DNA from: Candidatus Micrarchaeum sp.
GTDB lineage: Archaea; Micrarchaeota; Micrarchaeia; Micrarchaeales; Micrarchaeaceae
Length of the DNA stretch: 32,000 nt
Assembly (NCBI RefSeq): GCF_016806735.1
Contig: NZ_CP060530.1
Span: 450,001 to 482,000 of the forward strand
Direction: 5' to 3'
In this document: positions 7,653-16,098 of the stretch, one piece after another
Numbering within the stretch: position 1 is the stretch's first letter
Layout of the letters: the number at the start of each line of letters is the position of its first letter
Notes under the pieces: model-generated
What the model was told of the DNA's origin: nothing
Databases searched by the model: none
Seen by the model: the letters and a program-made list of their open reading frames with translations, nothing else
Translations under genes and position numbers: made by a program

Positions 7653-8134
7653 AAGGTGTGTTCATGAAAGAGGCAAAACCCAAAATAAAAATAAACGGCA
7701 AAGATTATTCCGCAACTGTGGAACCGAGGCAGCTCCTCGTTCATTTCATAAGGGACAGCGCCGGCCTTACCGGCACGCACATCGGCTGCGATACTAGCAA
7801 CTGCGGTGCCTGCACCGTGCTTCTTGACGGCAAGCCGGTAAAGTCGTGCACCGTGCTTTCGGTACAGGCTGACGGCCACGAAATAACGACCATAGAGGGG
7901 CTTTCAAAGGATGGCTCGATGGATCCAATGCAAAAAGCTTTCATCGAGGATAACGGGCTCCAGTGCGGCTTCTGCACGCCAGGAATGATAATGGAAGCCA
8001 ACTACGTACTGAAAAAGAATCCCCACGCTACTGAAGCTGAAATAAGGAAGGGCCTAGACGGCAACCTATGCCGCTGCACTGGCTATGTCGGCATACTTAA
8101 AGCCATACGCAGCGTTCAGGAAAAAAAGAAGTGA
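7649..8134 (+). CDS. coxS: Mo-hydroxylase small subunit with two [2Fe-2S] clusters (CoxS family)
   Basis: Cys motifs are present: GCDTSNCGACTV and CGFCTPGMIM...CRCTGY. The start is at 7649 or 7664. Confidence 0.9.
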   Translation: MKGVFMKEAKPKIKINGKDYSATVEPRQLLVHFIRDSAGLTGTHIGCDTSNCGACTVLLDGKPVKSCTVLSVQADGHEITTIEGLSKDGSMDPMQKAFIEDNGLQCGFCTPGMIMEANYVLKKNPHATEAEIRKGLDGNLCRCTGYVGILKAIRSVQEKKK

Positions 8135-8140
8135 CATTCA

Positions 8141-10147
8141 ATGGACAGGCTCGAGCGCTTTGTAAAAGGGATGGGCCAATATGTCGATGACATAAAGGTA
8201 GACAAGCCCCTGTACATGGCTGTAGTAAGGAGCCCATATGCCAGGACAAAAATAAACGGCGTAAAAGGAGGGCTTAATTCCTCGGACCTTGAAGCGGCAC
8301 TTGCTTCTGTCGGGGAGGGTGCTGGAGGAGCATCAGCCAACCCTGCTGCGCATCCAATATTCGCAAAGGGCTACGCCAATTACGTGGGCCAGCCCATAGC
8401 GGCTGTTTTCTCCGAAGACAGGTATGGCGCCGAGGACGCCCTGGAAAGCGTTGACGTGGACTACGAGCCGCTGAAGCCTGTTGTGAGCCCGGAAGAGGCC
8501 ATCGGATTCGAGCCGATACACAAGGGCATGAAGAGCAACGTAATAAGCGACAAAATGCTGGGCAAGGATTTCGAGCCAAAGGCAGACATAGTGCTTGAGG
8601 ACAGGCTCGAGAACCACAGGATAGCAACCAACGCAATAGAAACAAGGGGAATACTTGCAGATTATTCCAATGGCAGGCTCACAATACACGTATCTACGCA
8701 ATCGGTCTTCAGCATAAAAAGAGGGCTTTGCGGCACCCTTGGATTGCCTGAAGACAAGGTCAGGGTAATACAGGCAGATACGGGAGGCGGCTTCGGCCTC
8801 AAGGGCGGCCTGCAGCCAGAGCATGTCATAGCGGCATTTGCTGCGATGAAATACAAAAGGCCGGTAAAGTGGATAGAAACAAGGCTGGAGCACCTAATGG
8901 CAGCCAATCAGGGAAGGGGCGCAATAGGCAAGATGAAGCTATACGCAAAAAGGTCTGGAAAAATATTGGGCATAAAGGGCACCATAATAGTTGATGCAGG
9001 TGCGTATGCTGAAGGCTTGGCCGGCTTCGCTCCGGGCTTCATAGCCCATCAGCTTACCGAGCAGTACGCAATAGAAAACGGCTACGTGAGGGCTTTGAGC
9101 GTGCTCACAAACAAGGCGCCCTATGGCCCTTACAGGGGTGCCGGAAGGCCTGAAGCAGCATTTTTCATGGAAAGAATGGTAGACATGCTTGCGGACGAGC
9201 TTAAGATGGACGATGCAGAGATACGCCTGCTGAATGCCTCTGAGAAGCCTTTCACGTCTCCGTTTGGCATGCACATAGACGCATCGAAGCCCTTCATGCA
9301 GAAAGCGCTTAAGGCCCTTGGCTACGAAAGCATGAAGAAGCGCAATGCAGGGATAGGGTTCTTCGTTCTTGTGCCTGGCGCGGCTCCCGGAGAGGGTGTG
9401 CGCCTTGAGGTAAAAGACGGAAAGATGCACGTATGGCTCGGCAGCAACCAGCACGGCCAGGGGCATGACTTTTTCATAAGGAGTCTGGCAAGGGAAGAAC
9501 TTGGCTTGTCTCCTGACGAAATAGCCATAGAGGTTCCAGATACCGACAACATAAAAGCCGGAATAGGCACCTGGGGCAGCAGATCCGCAATGGTGGGGGG
9601 CTCAGCCCTGGTGGATGCGGCAAGGCACATAAAAGAAGAGATAAAGAAAAAGCACGGAAAGTATTCCAAAAAGCTCCTGCTAAGCAGCAACTACGACTAC
9701 TCGGAATTCTACAAGTTCGATGGCGAAATAAATTCATTCGGGGCAAACCTTGCAACAGCCAAGCTCGGTCCTGTAAACGATCCCGAAGTGCTTGAGGTAA
9801 GGGCGTGCTATGACGTAGGCCGTGCCCTTAGCAAAGCCATGGTCAAAGCGCAGATAGAAGGCGGCATTATACAGGGAACCGGGCAGGTAATGGGCGAAGC
9901 AGTGGCTTACGACGAAAACGGGCAGCTGCTAACTTCAAGCATATCGAATGCTGGAGTGCTGAGGTCAACAAAAGCCCCAAAATGCGTTGTCAAGATAATG
10001 GAAAACCCTTCAACCCTTCCTGACAAGGCAAAGGGGCTTGGAGAAGCCCCTACCATAGGCACTCCCCTGGCAATAGTAAGGTCGCTGGAACATATAACCG
10101 GGAAGAGGATAAGGTCTACGCCAGTAAAGCCTCAGGATCTTTCATAA
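8141..10147 (+). CDS. coxL: Mo-hydroxylase large subunit, molybdopterin-binding (CoxL / aldehyde oxidase / xanthine dehydrogenase family, form II-like)
   Basis: DTGGGFGLKG, PYRGAGRPEAAF (AYRGAGR-type loop, not the VAYRCSFR loop of true CO dehydrogenases) and the GLGE catalytic-Glu region are present. At 668 aa it is on the short side for the family. Confidence 0.85.
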   Translation: MDRLERFVKGMGQYVDDIKVDKPLYMAVVRSPYARTKINGVKGGLNSSDLEAALASVGEGAGGASANPAAHPIFAKGYANYVGQPIAAVFSEDRYGAEDALESVDVDYEPLKPVVSPEEAIGFEPIHKGMKSNVISDKMLGKDFEPKADIVLEDRLENHRIATNAIETRGILADYSNGRLTIHVSTQSVFSIKRGLCGTLGLPEDKVRVIQADTGGGFGLKGGLQPEHVIAAFAAMKYKRPVKWIETRLEHLMAANQGRGAIGKMKLYAKRSGKILGIKGTIIVDAGAYAEGLAGFAPGFIAHQLTEQYAIENGYVRALSVLTNKAPYGPYRGAGRPEAAFFMERMVDMLADELKMDDAEIRLLNASEKPFTSPFGMHIDASKPFMQKALKALGYESMKKRNAGIGFFVLVPGAAPGEGVRLEVKDGKMHVWLGSNQHGQGHDFFIRSLAREELGLSPDEIAIEVPDTDNIKAGIGTWGSRSAMVGGSALVDAARHIKEEIKKKHGKYSKKLLLSSNYDYSEFYKFDGEINSFGANLATAKLGPVNDPEVLEVRACYDVGRALSKAMVKAQIEGGIIQGTGQVMGEAVAYDENGQLLTSSISNAGVLRSTKAPKCVVKIMENPSTLPDKAKGLGEAPTIGTPLAIVRSLEHITGKRIRSTPVKPQDLS

Positions 10148-10158
10148 GCACAGCCGAC

Positions 10159-11850
10159 TTATTTTTTATAAACTGAAACGTTTCCATCGGCAAAGCCAGT
10201 CCAGATGCCGTCAAACTCGAAAAGATTGCTTCCATTTATTTTTGGTACTGTAAAGGGGCCCGCCACTTCTGCAAGAGAACACTTTTCCTGAAAGCTTTGG
10301 TTTGTTTTCAAAACGACTAGCATGCTGCTGTTTACCTCGCTGCACGCTGGCGTGGAATTGCTTATGTCAATATAATGGTATTTGTATCCTGTATAAATCT
10401 GCATAGGTATGAAATAATTGCTCTGCAATACGTACGTTGGGCTTACGGAATTTATGTATTGCGCGGCCCTTATGAACGGCTCTATGTCCGCCCTTGCTGA
10501 ATTTTTAACCAGGGTAGAAGCGTAAAACGACTGGAAAGTCAAAAACGCAAGCACCGCTACAAACAAAACTGTCATCGCAATTTTCTTCATGCCATAAGGC
10601 TTGCGCTTTTCTCTGCCTGCTTTTTTCCTGCTTCTGGCTTTACTTGCTGCATCATTATTTTCATAAAAACCTGCAATGCTTATTCCTATCAAAAGCGCCA
10701 GTGCAGGAGTAAATATGAAGGTGTACCTGGCAAATGGCGGTATCAGCGTATAATGGCTTAGGCTCATGGTTCCTGCCGAAAGATACGCCAAAGTTATTAC
10801 AAACCATGCCAGGGGAAGGATTATCGCCCTGTTTCTTTTAAGCACGGCAGCTATTGCGAACGCAACCGCGGCATAAGCGAACCATGTGTAAAAAAGATTT
10901 TCGTAAGGCTGTGGCAATGAATTTGAACCGCTTGGAAGCACGTAAGAGAAAAGCGTTGCGCCACTTTTAATTCCCGATCCGTAGAATGGAAAGAGCACTC
11001 CCCTGTATATGTTCAATATGTTAAATTCGCCGTACGATGTCGTGCGCCATATGCTGGCGCTGTACCAATTACCGTCAGTCTTTATTATGCTCAGATATGA
11101 TCCTCCGAGCATATGCCCCCAGAGCATTATTGCGGCCAAGCCGACAACGATCCCGATAAAAAATGGCAGCGCGTACATAACGCCTTTTCTTTTGAGGCCC
11201 AATCCATGCCTGCCTTTTTCAATCGAACCTTTAGAAATAAGCGAGTATAGCACGATTGCAAAAATAGGCAGCAGGATTATAAGAGATTCAGCAGTAATCA
11301 AAAACCCTATGGTCCCGAAGAAGCTTCCAAGTGTCATGAACGCGAATGCCGAATTGGCGGTTTTCGATCTTGTTGCCCTGACTGCCATGAGGACTGATAG
11401 CGCAGCTATGAAAGCAAGAGGTATTCCATCGTTGACCTGCGCAGAATAAATCTGAGAAATTGGCATAACTGCGAATACGAACGCGGAAATCAGTCCGGCA
11501 GTGTTATTTTTCAGGCTTTTGCCTATTTCGTATATTATTACCAACGTTGCGATGAAGCAGAATTCTGAAAAAAGCGTACTGGCAAATATATTTACTCCAA
11601 ACAAATCAAAAAAGAACCCTACTCCATAGTTGAGCAGCAATTTCTGGCCAAGCACTCCATCATACATGAGGTCTGCAGCGTTTCCGCTATGTACCTGCCA
11701 TCCGAACATTACATACTCATACTGGTCGCCAAGCTGGCTAGGCCCGTAAAAATTAATATAACTCAATCCGATTCCAATCACAATAATTAATATCAATATC
11801 GCTAACCTTGCAATGCTTCTGTCGGCTATTGGCTCCAGGCTTCGTTTCAT
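10159..11850 (-). CDS. polytopic GT-C-type glycosyltransferase (ArnT/PMT_2-like, COG1807-like)
   Basis: 563 aa with more than 10 predicted TM helices in the N-terminal two thirds, an acidic first loop (GDQYEY) and a soluble C-terminal domain. There is no WWDYG motif, so it is not an AglB-type oligosaccharyltransferase. The assignment rests on architecture only. Confidence 0.5.
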   Translation of the reverse strand: MKRSLEPIADRSIARLAILILIIVIGIGLSYINFYGPSQLGDQYEYVMFGWQVHSGNAADLMYDGVLGQKLLLNYGVGFFFDLFGVNIFASTLFSEFCFIATLVIIYEIGKSLKNNTAGLISAFVFAVMPISQIYSAQVNDGIPLAFIAALSVLMAVRATRSKTANSAFAFMTLGSFFGTIGFLITAESLIILLPIFAIVLYSLISKGSIEKGRHGLGLKRKGVMYALPFFIGIVVGLAAIMLWGHMLGGSYLSIIKTDGNWYSASIWRTTSYGEFNILNIYRGVLFPFYGSGIKSGATLFSYVLPSGSNSLPQPYENLFYTWFAYAAVAFAIAAVLKRNRAIILPLAWFVITLAYLSAGTMSLSHYTLIPPFARYTFIFTPALALLIGISIAGFYENNDAASKARSRKKAGREKRKPYGMKKIAMTVLFVAVLAFLTFQSFYASTLVKNSARADIEPFIRAAQYINSVSPTYVLQSNYFIPMQIYTGYKYHYIDISNSTPACSEVNSSMLVVLKTNQSFQEKCSLAEVAGPFTVPKINGSNLFEFDGIWTGFADGNVSVYKK

Positions 11851-11895
11851 ATTTTTAATTACGTGTTGTTTTTAATAAGGTTATGCTGGAAATGT

Positions 11896-11924
11896 TTTTA
11901 CGCAAAAGTTGTATCTGCGTAAAA
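11896..11924. promoter_or_regulatory. perfect 9-bp inverted repeat TTTTACGCA-N11-TGCGTAAAA in the divergent promoter region; candidate operator
   Basis: Read directly from the sequence. AAAGCGAAA direct repeats follow at 11982-11990 and 11994-12002 (12-nt phase), with AAAGCA at 12011-12016. Confidence 0.35.
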
Positions 11925-12015
11925 CACAATTTCCAAATAACGCGAATCTAAATCAAAGAACATATACAAACTGAAAAAACCAAAGCGAAATGAAAAGCGA
12001 AACATCACGGAAAGC

Positions 12016-12026
12016 ATATAAATATT
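12016..12026 (+). promoter_or_regulatory. TATA-like box ATATAAATATT 20-30 nt upstream of the ATG at 12046 (leaderless-type promoter)
   Basis: Position and composition only. Confidence 0.4.
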
Positions 12027-12045
12027 AAAAAAACAGAGTATCCGT

Positions 12046-13572
12046 ATGTCAAAGTACGGTAAGACGAAGTCCGAAATCCTGAAGCTCATAAAGGAGCGCA
12101 AGGATACGCTCAGTACAATAAGCTTAGAGCTCGGGCTTGCCCCGTCAACCGTAAGCAAGCACTTGAACGAATTGCAGGGACTCGGTGCAATACGTCTGGT
12201 AGAAAGCGAATACGCCAAGAAGTGGAAGCACTACGAACTCAATACTGGGTTCGAAGGCGAGTTCCCGGAAACCATTGCAGCCAAGATAAATTATAGTAGA
12301 GGCAGCAAGTCCAAATATGCCTTTGCCGGCTTTCTCATTATTGCTGCAATAGCTGGTCTGCTCGCCCTCTCTGGAAGCTTTCATTCCGCTTCTGCAAACG
12401 TGCCTATAGCAATAACAGATCCTCCATATCTCCCGGCAGGCACAAGCGCGGTAATGCTGAACTATTCTTCCATAACTATAAACTACACTTCAGGCGGAGC
12501 CAACAGGACGATAACGCTCAATACGACAGGCACGCTTGACGCGCTTAGCCTTGTAAACGTTTCGAGAATAATAGCGACAGCCAATATAAAGAGCGGATCA
12601 AAAATAAACGGGGTATCGATAAACATAAGTTCTGGATCTATAAGCATAGGCAATTCTACATATGCTCTTGCAATACCGGTAAAGCGCTTCTATACGAAAG
12701 TAGTTGGAAACGGTACCGTAAACTCTTCGACATCTATATTGCTGGATTTGTCCAGTGTTGTGGTTCCATACTTTTCAAATTATTCCAACGGCACCGAATC
12801 ATTCGCGTTTATGCCAAAGCTTTCCGGTTTTCTGGGCTATGCCAACAGGACATGGATTTCGGAAAATAATACCAATGGCTCAAAGAAGGCTTTTTCAGAC
12901 AACGAATCAATGCCTCTGGACAAATTCGCAGGCAAAGCAGCGTTGTTTTTCAGCGAGTCAGGTGTAAAAGTGGCAAACGCATCCATAGTCCAAAATGGCG
13001 GCAATGAAAACGTTTCGATATCACTAATAAACACCGGAAACAATATTGCAGAAGTGGAAGGTGTTGCTATGCTTTCATGTTTTTCCATGCATGATTATGC
13101 TATCACCCCAGGCAAGAGCTTCAATCACAACGTCAACGCAACTGCATATAACGGCACTTCAGGCACTCTTACAATAAACATATCCAAGCTGTACAACAAC
13201 TGGAATTCCAAGCCGATATCAATAAACGTAACGAATATGCCAAAGAGGGTTGTCATAACAGGGAATCCCTATGCCATTGCAAAGATGCCACAGACACCAA
13301 GGCTCATGCCCATGCTTGGCGTATCATTCGCGGTGCTGAAAAATGGGAGCCTGGGCTCTTCACTGTGGGAAATGCCGAAAATGGCAGGTAACATTGGCTA
13401 TGGCATGGGTCCAGGCTCAAACGTAACGCTAAGGTATTCGGCAGCCAATGGATCTATACAGGAACAGGCCATCGATTCGATTGTGCTTAGTGGTGATTAT
13501 AGGATTATAGTTATAACTTCCAACGGCATTGCAGTATATGACAGCGATGGGAATGGAACCAAGTGCGGTTAA
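12046..13572 (+). CDS. membrane-tethered winged-HTH (ArsR-like) protein with a large sequon-rich ectodomain (DUF4382-like start)
   Basis: The N-terminus TLSTISLELGLAPSTVSKHLNELQGLGAIRLVE is a classic ArsR-type HTH. One TM follows (YAFAGFLIIAAIAGLLALSG), then about 400 aa with roughly 25 N-x-S/T sequons beginning PIAITDPPYLPAGTSAVMLNYSSITINY. Confidence 0.7.
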   Translation: MSKYGKTKSEILKLIKERKDTLSTISLELGLAPSTVSKHLNELQGLGAIRLVESEYAKKWKHYELNTGFEGEFPETIAAKINYSRGSKSKYAFAGFLIIAAIAGLLALSGSFHSASANVPIAITDPPYLPAGTSAVMLNYSSITINYTSGGANRTITLNTTGTLDALSLVNVSRIIATANIKSGSKINGVSINISSGSISIGNSTYALAIPVKRFYTKVVGNGTVNSSTSILLDLSSVVVPYFSNYSNGTESFAFMPKLSGFLGYANRTWISENNTNGSKKAFSDNESMPLDKFAGKAALFFSESGVKVANASIVQNGGNENVSISLINTGNNIAEVEGVAMLSCFSMHDYAITPGKSFNHNVNATAYNGTSGTLTINISKLYNNWNSKPISINVTNMPKRVVITGNPYAIAKMPQTPRLMPMLGVSFAVLKNGSLGSSLWEMPKMAGNIGYGMGPGSNVTLRYSAANGSIQEQAIDSIVLSGDYRIIVITSNGIAVYDSDGNGTKCG

Positions 13573-13582
13573 AGAGAGGTGC

Positions 13583-14317
13583 ATGCGTATGGCTACGAAA
13601 AACGAAACAATAATAAGCTTCGAGAATGTCCAGAAAGTATATACCAACAAGTCTGGCATGGCATATGTGGCGCTTAATGGCGTGAGCTTCGAGATAAAAA
13701 AGGGGGAGTTCGTTGCCGTGATGGGTCCATCCGGATCTGGAAAGACAACAGTGCTGGATCTTATGGGTACTCTGGATTCCCCTACTGGCGGTTCAATAAT
13801 AATAGCAGGCAGGAGGGTAAACGAAATGAGCAATTCCGAGCTGGCCGAGCTCAGGAACATGGACATAGGCTTTGTATTCCAGTCATACAACCTCGTGCCA
13901 TATCTTTCCGCAATACAAAACGTCATGCTTCCTACAATGGTATCGAAGAAGCATGGGAGCGAAGTAATGTCAAACGCCATAAAGCTCATGAAAGAAGTTG
14001 GCCTTGGCGATAAGCTTGAGAAAAAGCCAAACGAGTTGAGCGGAGGCGAACAGCAGAGGGTTGCAGTAGTGCGGGCGCTTGTCAATAACCCGAAGATACT
14101 GCTTGCGGACGAGCCCACCGGAAACCTTGATACAAAGTCGGCCATAGCCGTGCTGCAGATACTTGCAAGGGTCAACAAGGAATTCGGCACCACAATAGTC
14201 CTGAGCACCCACGACCCTGAAGTTGGAATATTTGCAAAGAGGCGCATATTCATAAGGGACGGGCTCATAACAAAGGAAAACATGATGGCCAAGCTGAGCG
14301 ATACAAAAAAGCTCTAG
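13583..14317 (+). CDS. ABC transporter ATP-binding protein, MacB/LolD-type (COG1136-like)
   Basis: Walker A GPSGSGKTT, Q-loop, signature LSGGEQQR and Walker B ILLADEPT are present. AGAGAGGTG precedes the ATG at 13583; the track start at 13529 lies inside the upstream gene. Confidence 0.9.
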   Translation: MRMATKNETIISFENVQKVYTNKSGMAYVALNGVSFEIKKGEFVAVMGPSGSGKTTVLDLMGTLDSPTGGSIIIAGRRVNEMSNSELAELRNMDIGFVFQSYNLVPYLSAIQNVMLPTMVSKKHGSEVMSNAIKLMKEVGLGDKLEKKPNELSGGEQQRVAVVRALVNNPKILLADEPTGNLDTKSAIAVLQILARVNKEFGTTIVLSTHDPEVGIFAKRRIFIRDGLITKENMMAKLSDTKKL

Positions 14318-14404
14318 TTATGCGAATCGGTATAAATTGCTGCTGGCAATATAAAATAAACAAAACTTACAAATAAAAGACTAGATAATATCATAGGTGT
14401 AAAA

Positions 14405-16087
14405 ATGAGAAAATATGCGATGATGGCGGTTCTTGGCTTATTCGCCTTTCTAATGGTTTCAGGCATATCGGGTGCCTCTCCTACGAATGCGTCATGCACA
14501 AATCCAAATACCGTAACGAGCTTTAACATAGTCGGAGTGAAATGGGGCCTTCCATCATCGCAGAGCCTCCAGCAGAACCAGTCGCTTCAGGTGAGCTCGG
14601 TATCTGCCGGCCCAGGCCAGAAGGACGTTCCGCTTACCGTAACAGTCGACAACAACAACAATTGTGAGCTTGTAGACGTACAGGCGCAGATGCCGCTGGT
14701 AGGGTACTTCACGGCTCAGAACGGCACTTCGCTGTACGCTGTAGACAACATACAGAACGTGCAGCCGTATTCGTTCTTCAACGTGGTGTACTACCTTAAC
14801 ATTGCGAACAATACTCCTGTAGGTCCAAACGGCGGCACATATGAAAAGCTCAACCTTTACTGGAACTATACCAACAGCAACGAGGGATACGAATACAGCA
14901 CGCAATTTCTCGTACCGCTTAAGGGTTCTACGGAATTGTACTTCAACACCACGCAGCAGCTTACTGCCGGCAAGGTAAACTACATAACGCTGAATGTCAG
15001 CAACAAGGGATCCGGCTACGGATACGCGATAAAGCCTTCTGTAGAATCGACTTCATACGTAAGCCAGGCTGGCCCTGCAACTTCCATAGGCACGCTTACT
15101 CCGAATTCGACTGAGGAGGTATCCGTGCCGGTCTACGTTTCCCCTTCAGCCACATCCACTACAATTCCGGTAACAATCGACTTCTCGTACATCAACGCAT
15201 ATGGATATAACGAGACTTCTCCTGTCACATTCGGAATGTATGCAGTATCGCCTCCAAACAAGGTTGCGATAGGCCTTTCGTCAAACGAGATAACAATAGG
15301 CCAGCTCCAGAACGATTCGCTTAAAATAATAAACAACGACAGCTCAAGCATATCAAACGTTTCGCTCACGCTCACTGCAACGTCTCCGCTGACTCTGATA
15401 GGCAGCGACGGCTACTATTCGATCGGCTCGATAGGCGCAATGAAAAATGCTTCGATACCAATAAGCTTATACATAACATCGCAGACTGACGTAGCTACCC
15501 TAAACGCACAGCTTGGCTATGTCCTTAACGGGCAGCCCTATTCTGTCAGCAGGTCACTAAGCTTGCTCTCGCCCGGATACGTAAACATAACCAACACTGG
15601 TACTACGCAGCTCCCAGACGTTGCCACTCCAGGCTCGGTAGTTTCGCTTACCGGCACGCTGCTCAATACTGGCTCCATATCTGCTAGCGCAGTTACCCTG
15701 ATAACACATTCGGTCAGCGGAATTTCCATATTGGGTGAGAATTCAACATTCTTGGGCAGCATAGGCACGTACTCCCCGACAGCTTTCACCCTGAGCGTCA
15801 CTCTTGGCAAGAGCATAAAGCCAGGCACTTATGAAGTGCCAATAACCGTGAGCTACATAAACAACCTCAACCAGAAAGAGAATGAATTGATTGAGATACC
15901 CATATCCGTTTCTTCTGGCAACTCTACCGCATTTTCCAGCAACCCTTATGCAAACACCGCAAAATACAGGGATGCCGGTTCAAGGCTGCTTTTGTACGTC
16001 ATAGCTGCAATAATTATCCTTGCGATAATAGGCGCATTTTTCTATAAAAGAAAGGGATCCAAAAAGCAGAAGAAGCAGTCCAAATGA
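14405..16087 (+). CDS. large exported multi-Ig-like surface protein (COG1361 / S-layer-domain-like) with a C-terminal TM anchor
   Basis: Signal peptide MRKYAMMAVLGLFAFLMVSGISGA. Repeated modules of about 90 aa of the form PG..v.l.v.v.N.G. C-terminal TM LLLYVIAAIIILAIIGAFF plus the basic tail YKRKGSKKQKKQSK. AGGTG precedes the ATG. Confidence 0.7.
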   Translation: MRKYAMMAVLGLFAFLMVSGISGASPTNASCTNPNTVTSFNIVGVKWGLPSSQSLQQNQSLQVSSVSAGPGQKDVPLTVTVDNNNNCELVDVQAQMPLVGYFTAQNGTSLYAVDNIQNVQPYSFFNVVYYLNIANNTPVGPNGGTYEKLNLYWNYTNSNEGYEYSTQFLVPLKGSTELYFNTTQQLTAGKVNYITLNVSNKGSGYGYAIKPSVESTSYVSQAGPATSIGTLTPNSTEEVSVPVYVSPSATSTTIPVTIDFSYINAYGYNETSPVTFGMYAVSPPNKVAIGLSSNEITIGQLQNDSLKIINNDSSSISNVSLTLTATSPLTLIGSDGYYSIGSIGAMKNASIPISLYITSQTDVATLNAQLGYVLNGQPYSVSRSLSLLSPGYVNITNTGTTQLPDVATPGSVVSLTGTLLNTGSISASAVTLITHSVSGISILGENSTFLGSIGTYSPTAFTLSVTLGKSIKPGTYEVPITVSYINNLNQKENELIEIPISVSSGNSTAFSSNPYANTAKYRDAGSRLLLYVIAAIIILAIIGAFFYKRKGSKKQKKQSK

Positions 16088-16098
16088 ACGGTGCAAGC

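Noticed and set aside
8116-9755. A series of 74-186 aa minus-strand ORFs inside coxL, and similar ones at 6895-7352 and 7568-8001 inside coxM and coxS.
   Set aside because: They are Arg/Pro/Leu/Cys-rich antisense frames of GC-rich genes whose sense-strand products carry clear family motifs.
8141-10147. Annotating the cluster as aerobic carbon monoxide dehydrogenase.
   Set aside because: The active-site loop is of the AYRGAGR type rather than VAYRCSFR. Only family-level assignment is justified.
11898-12218. The 106-aa minus-strand ORF spanning the divergent promoter region.
   Set aside because: It covers the A/T-rich promoter and palindrome and runs antisense into the HTH gene start. Its Phe/Ser/Leu-rich composition is typical of a spurious frame.
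13429-14292. The 287-aa minus-strand ORF.
   Set aside because: It is antisense to the ABC ATPase gene, which has complete Walker A, signature and Walker B motifs.
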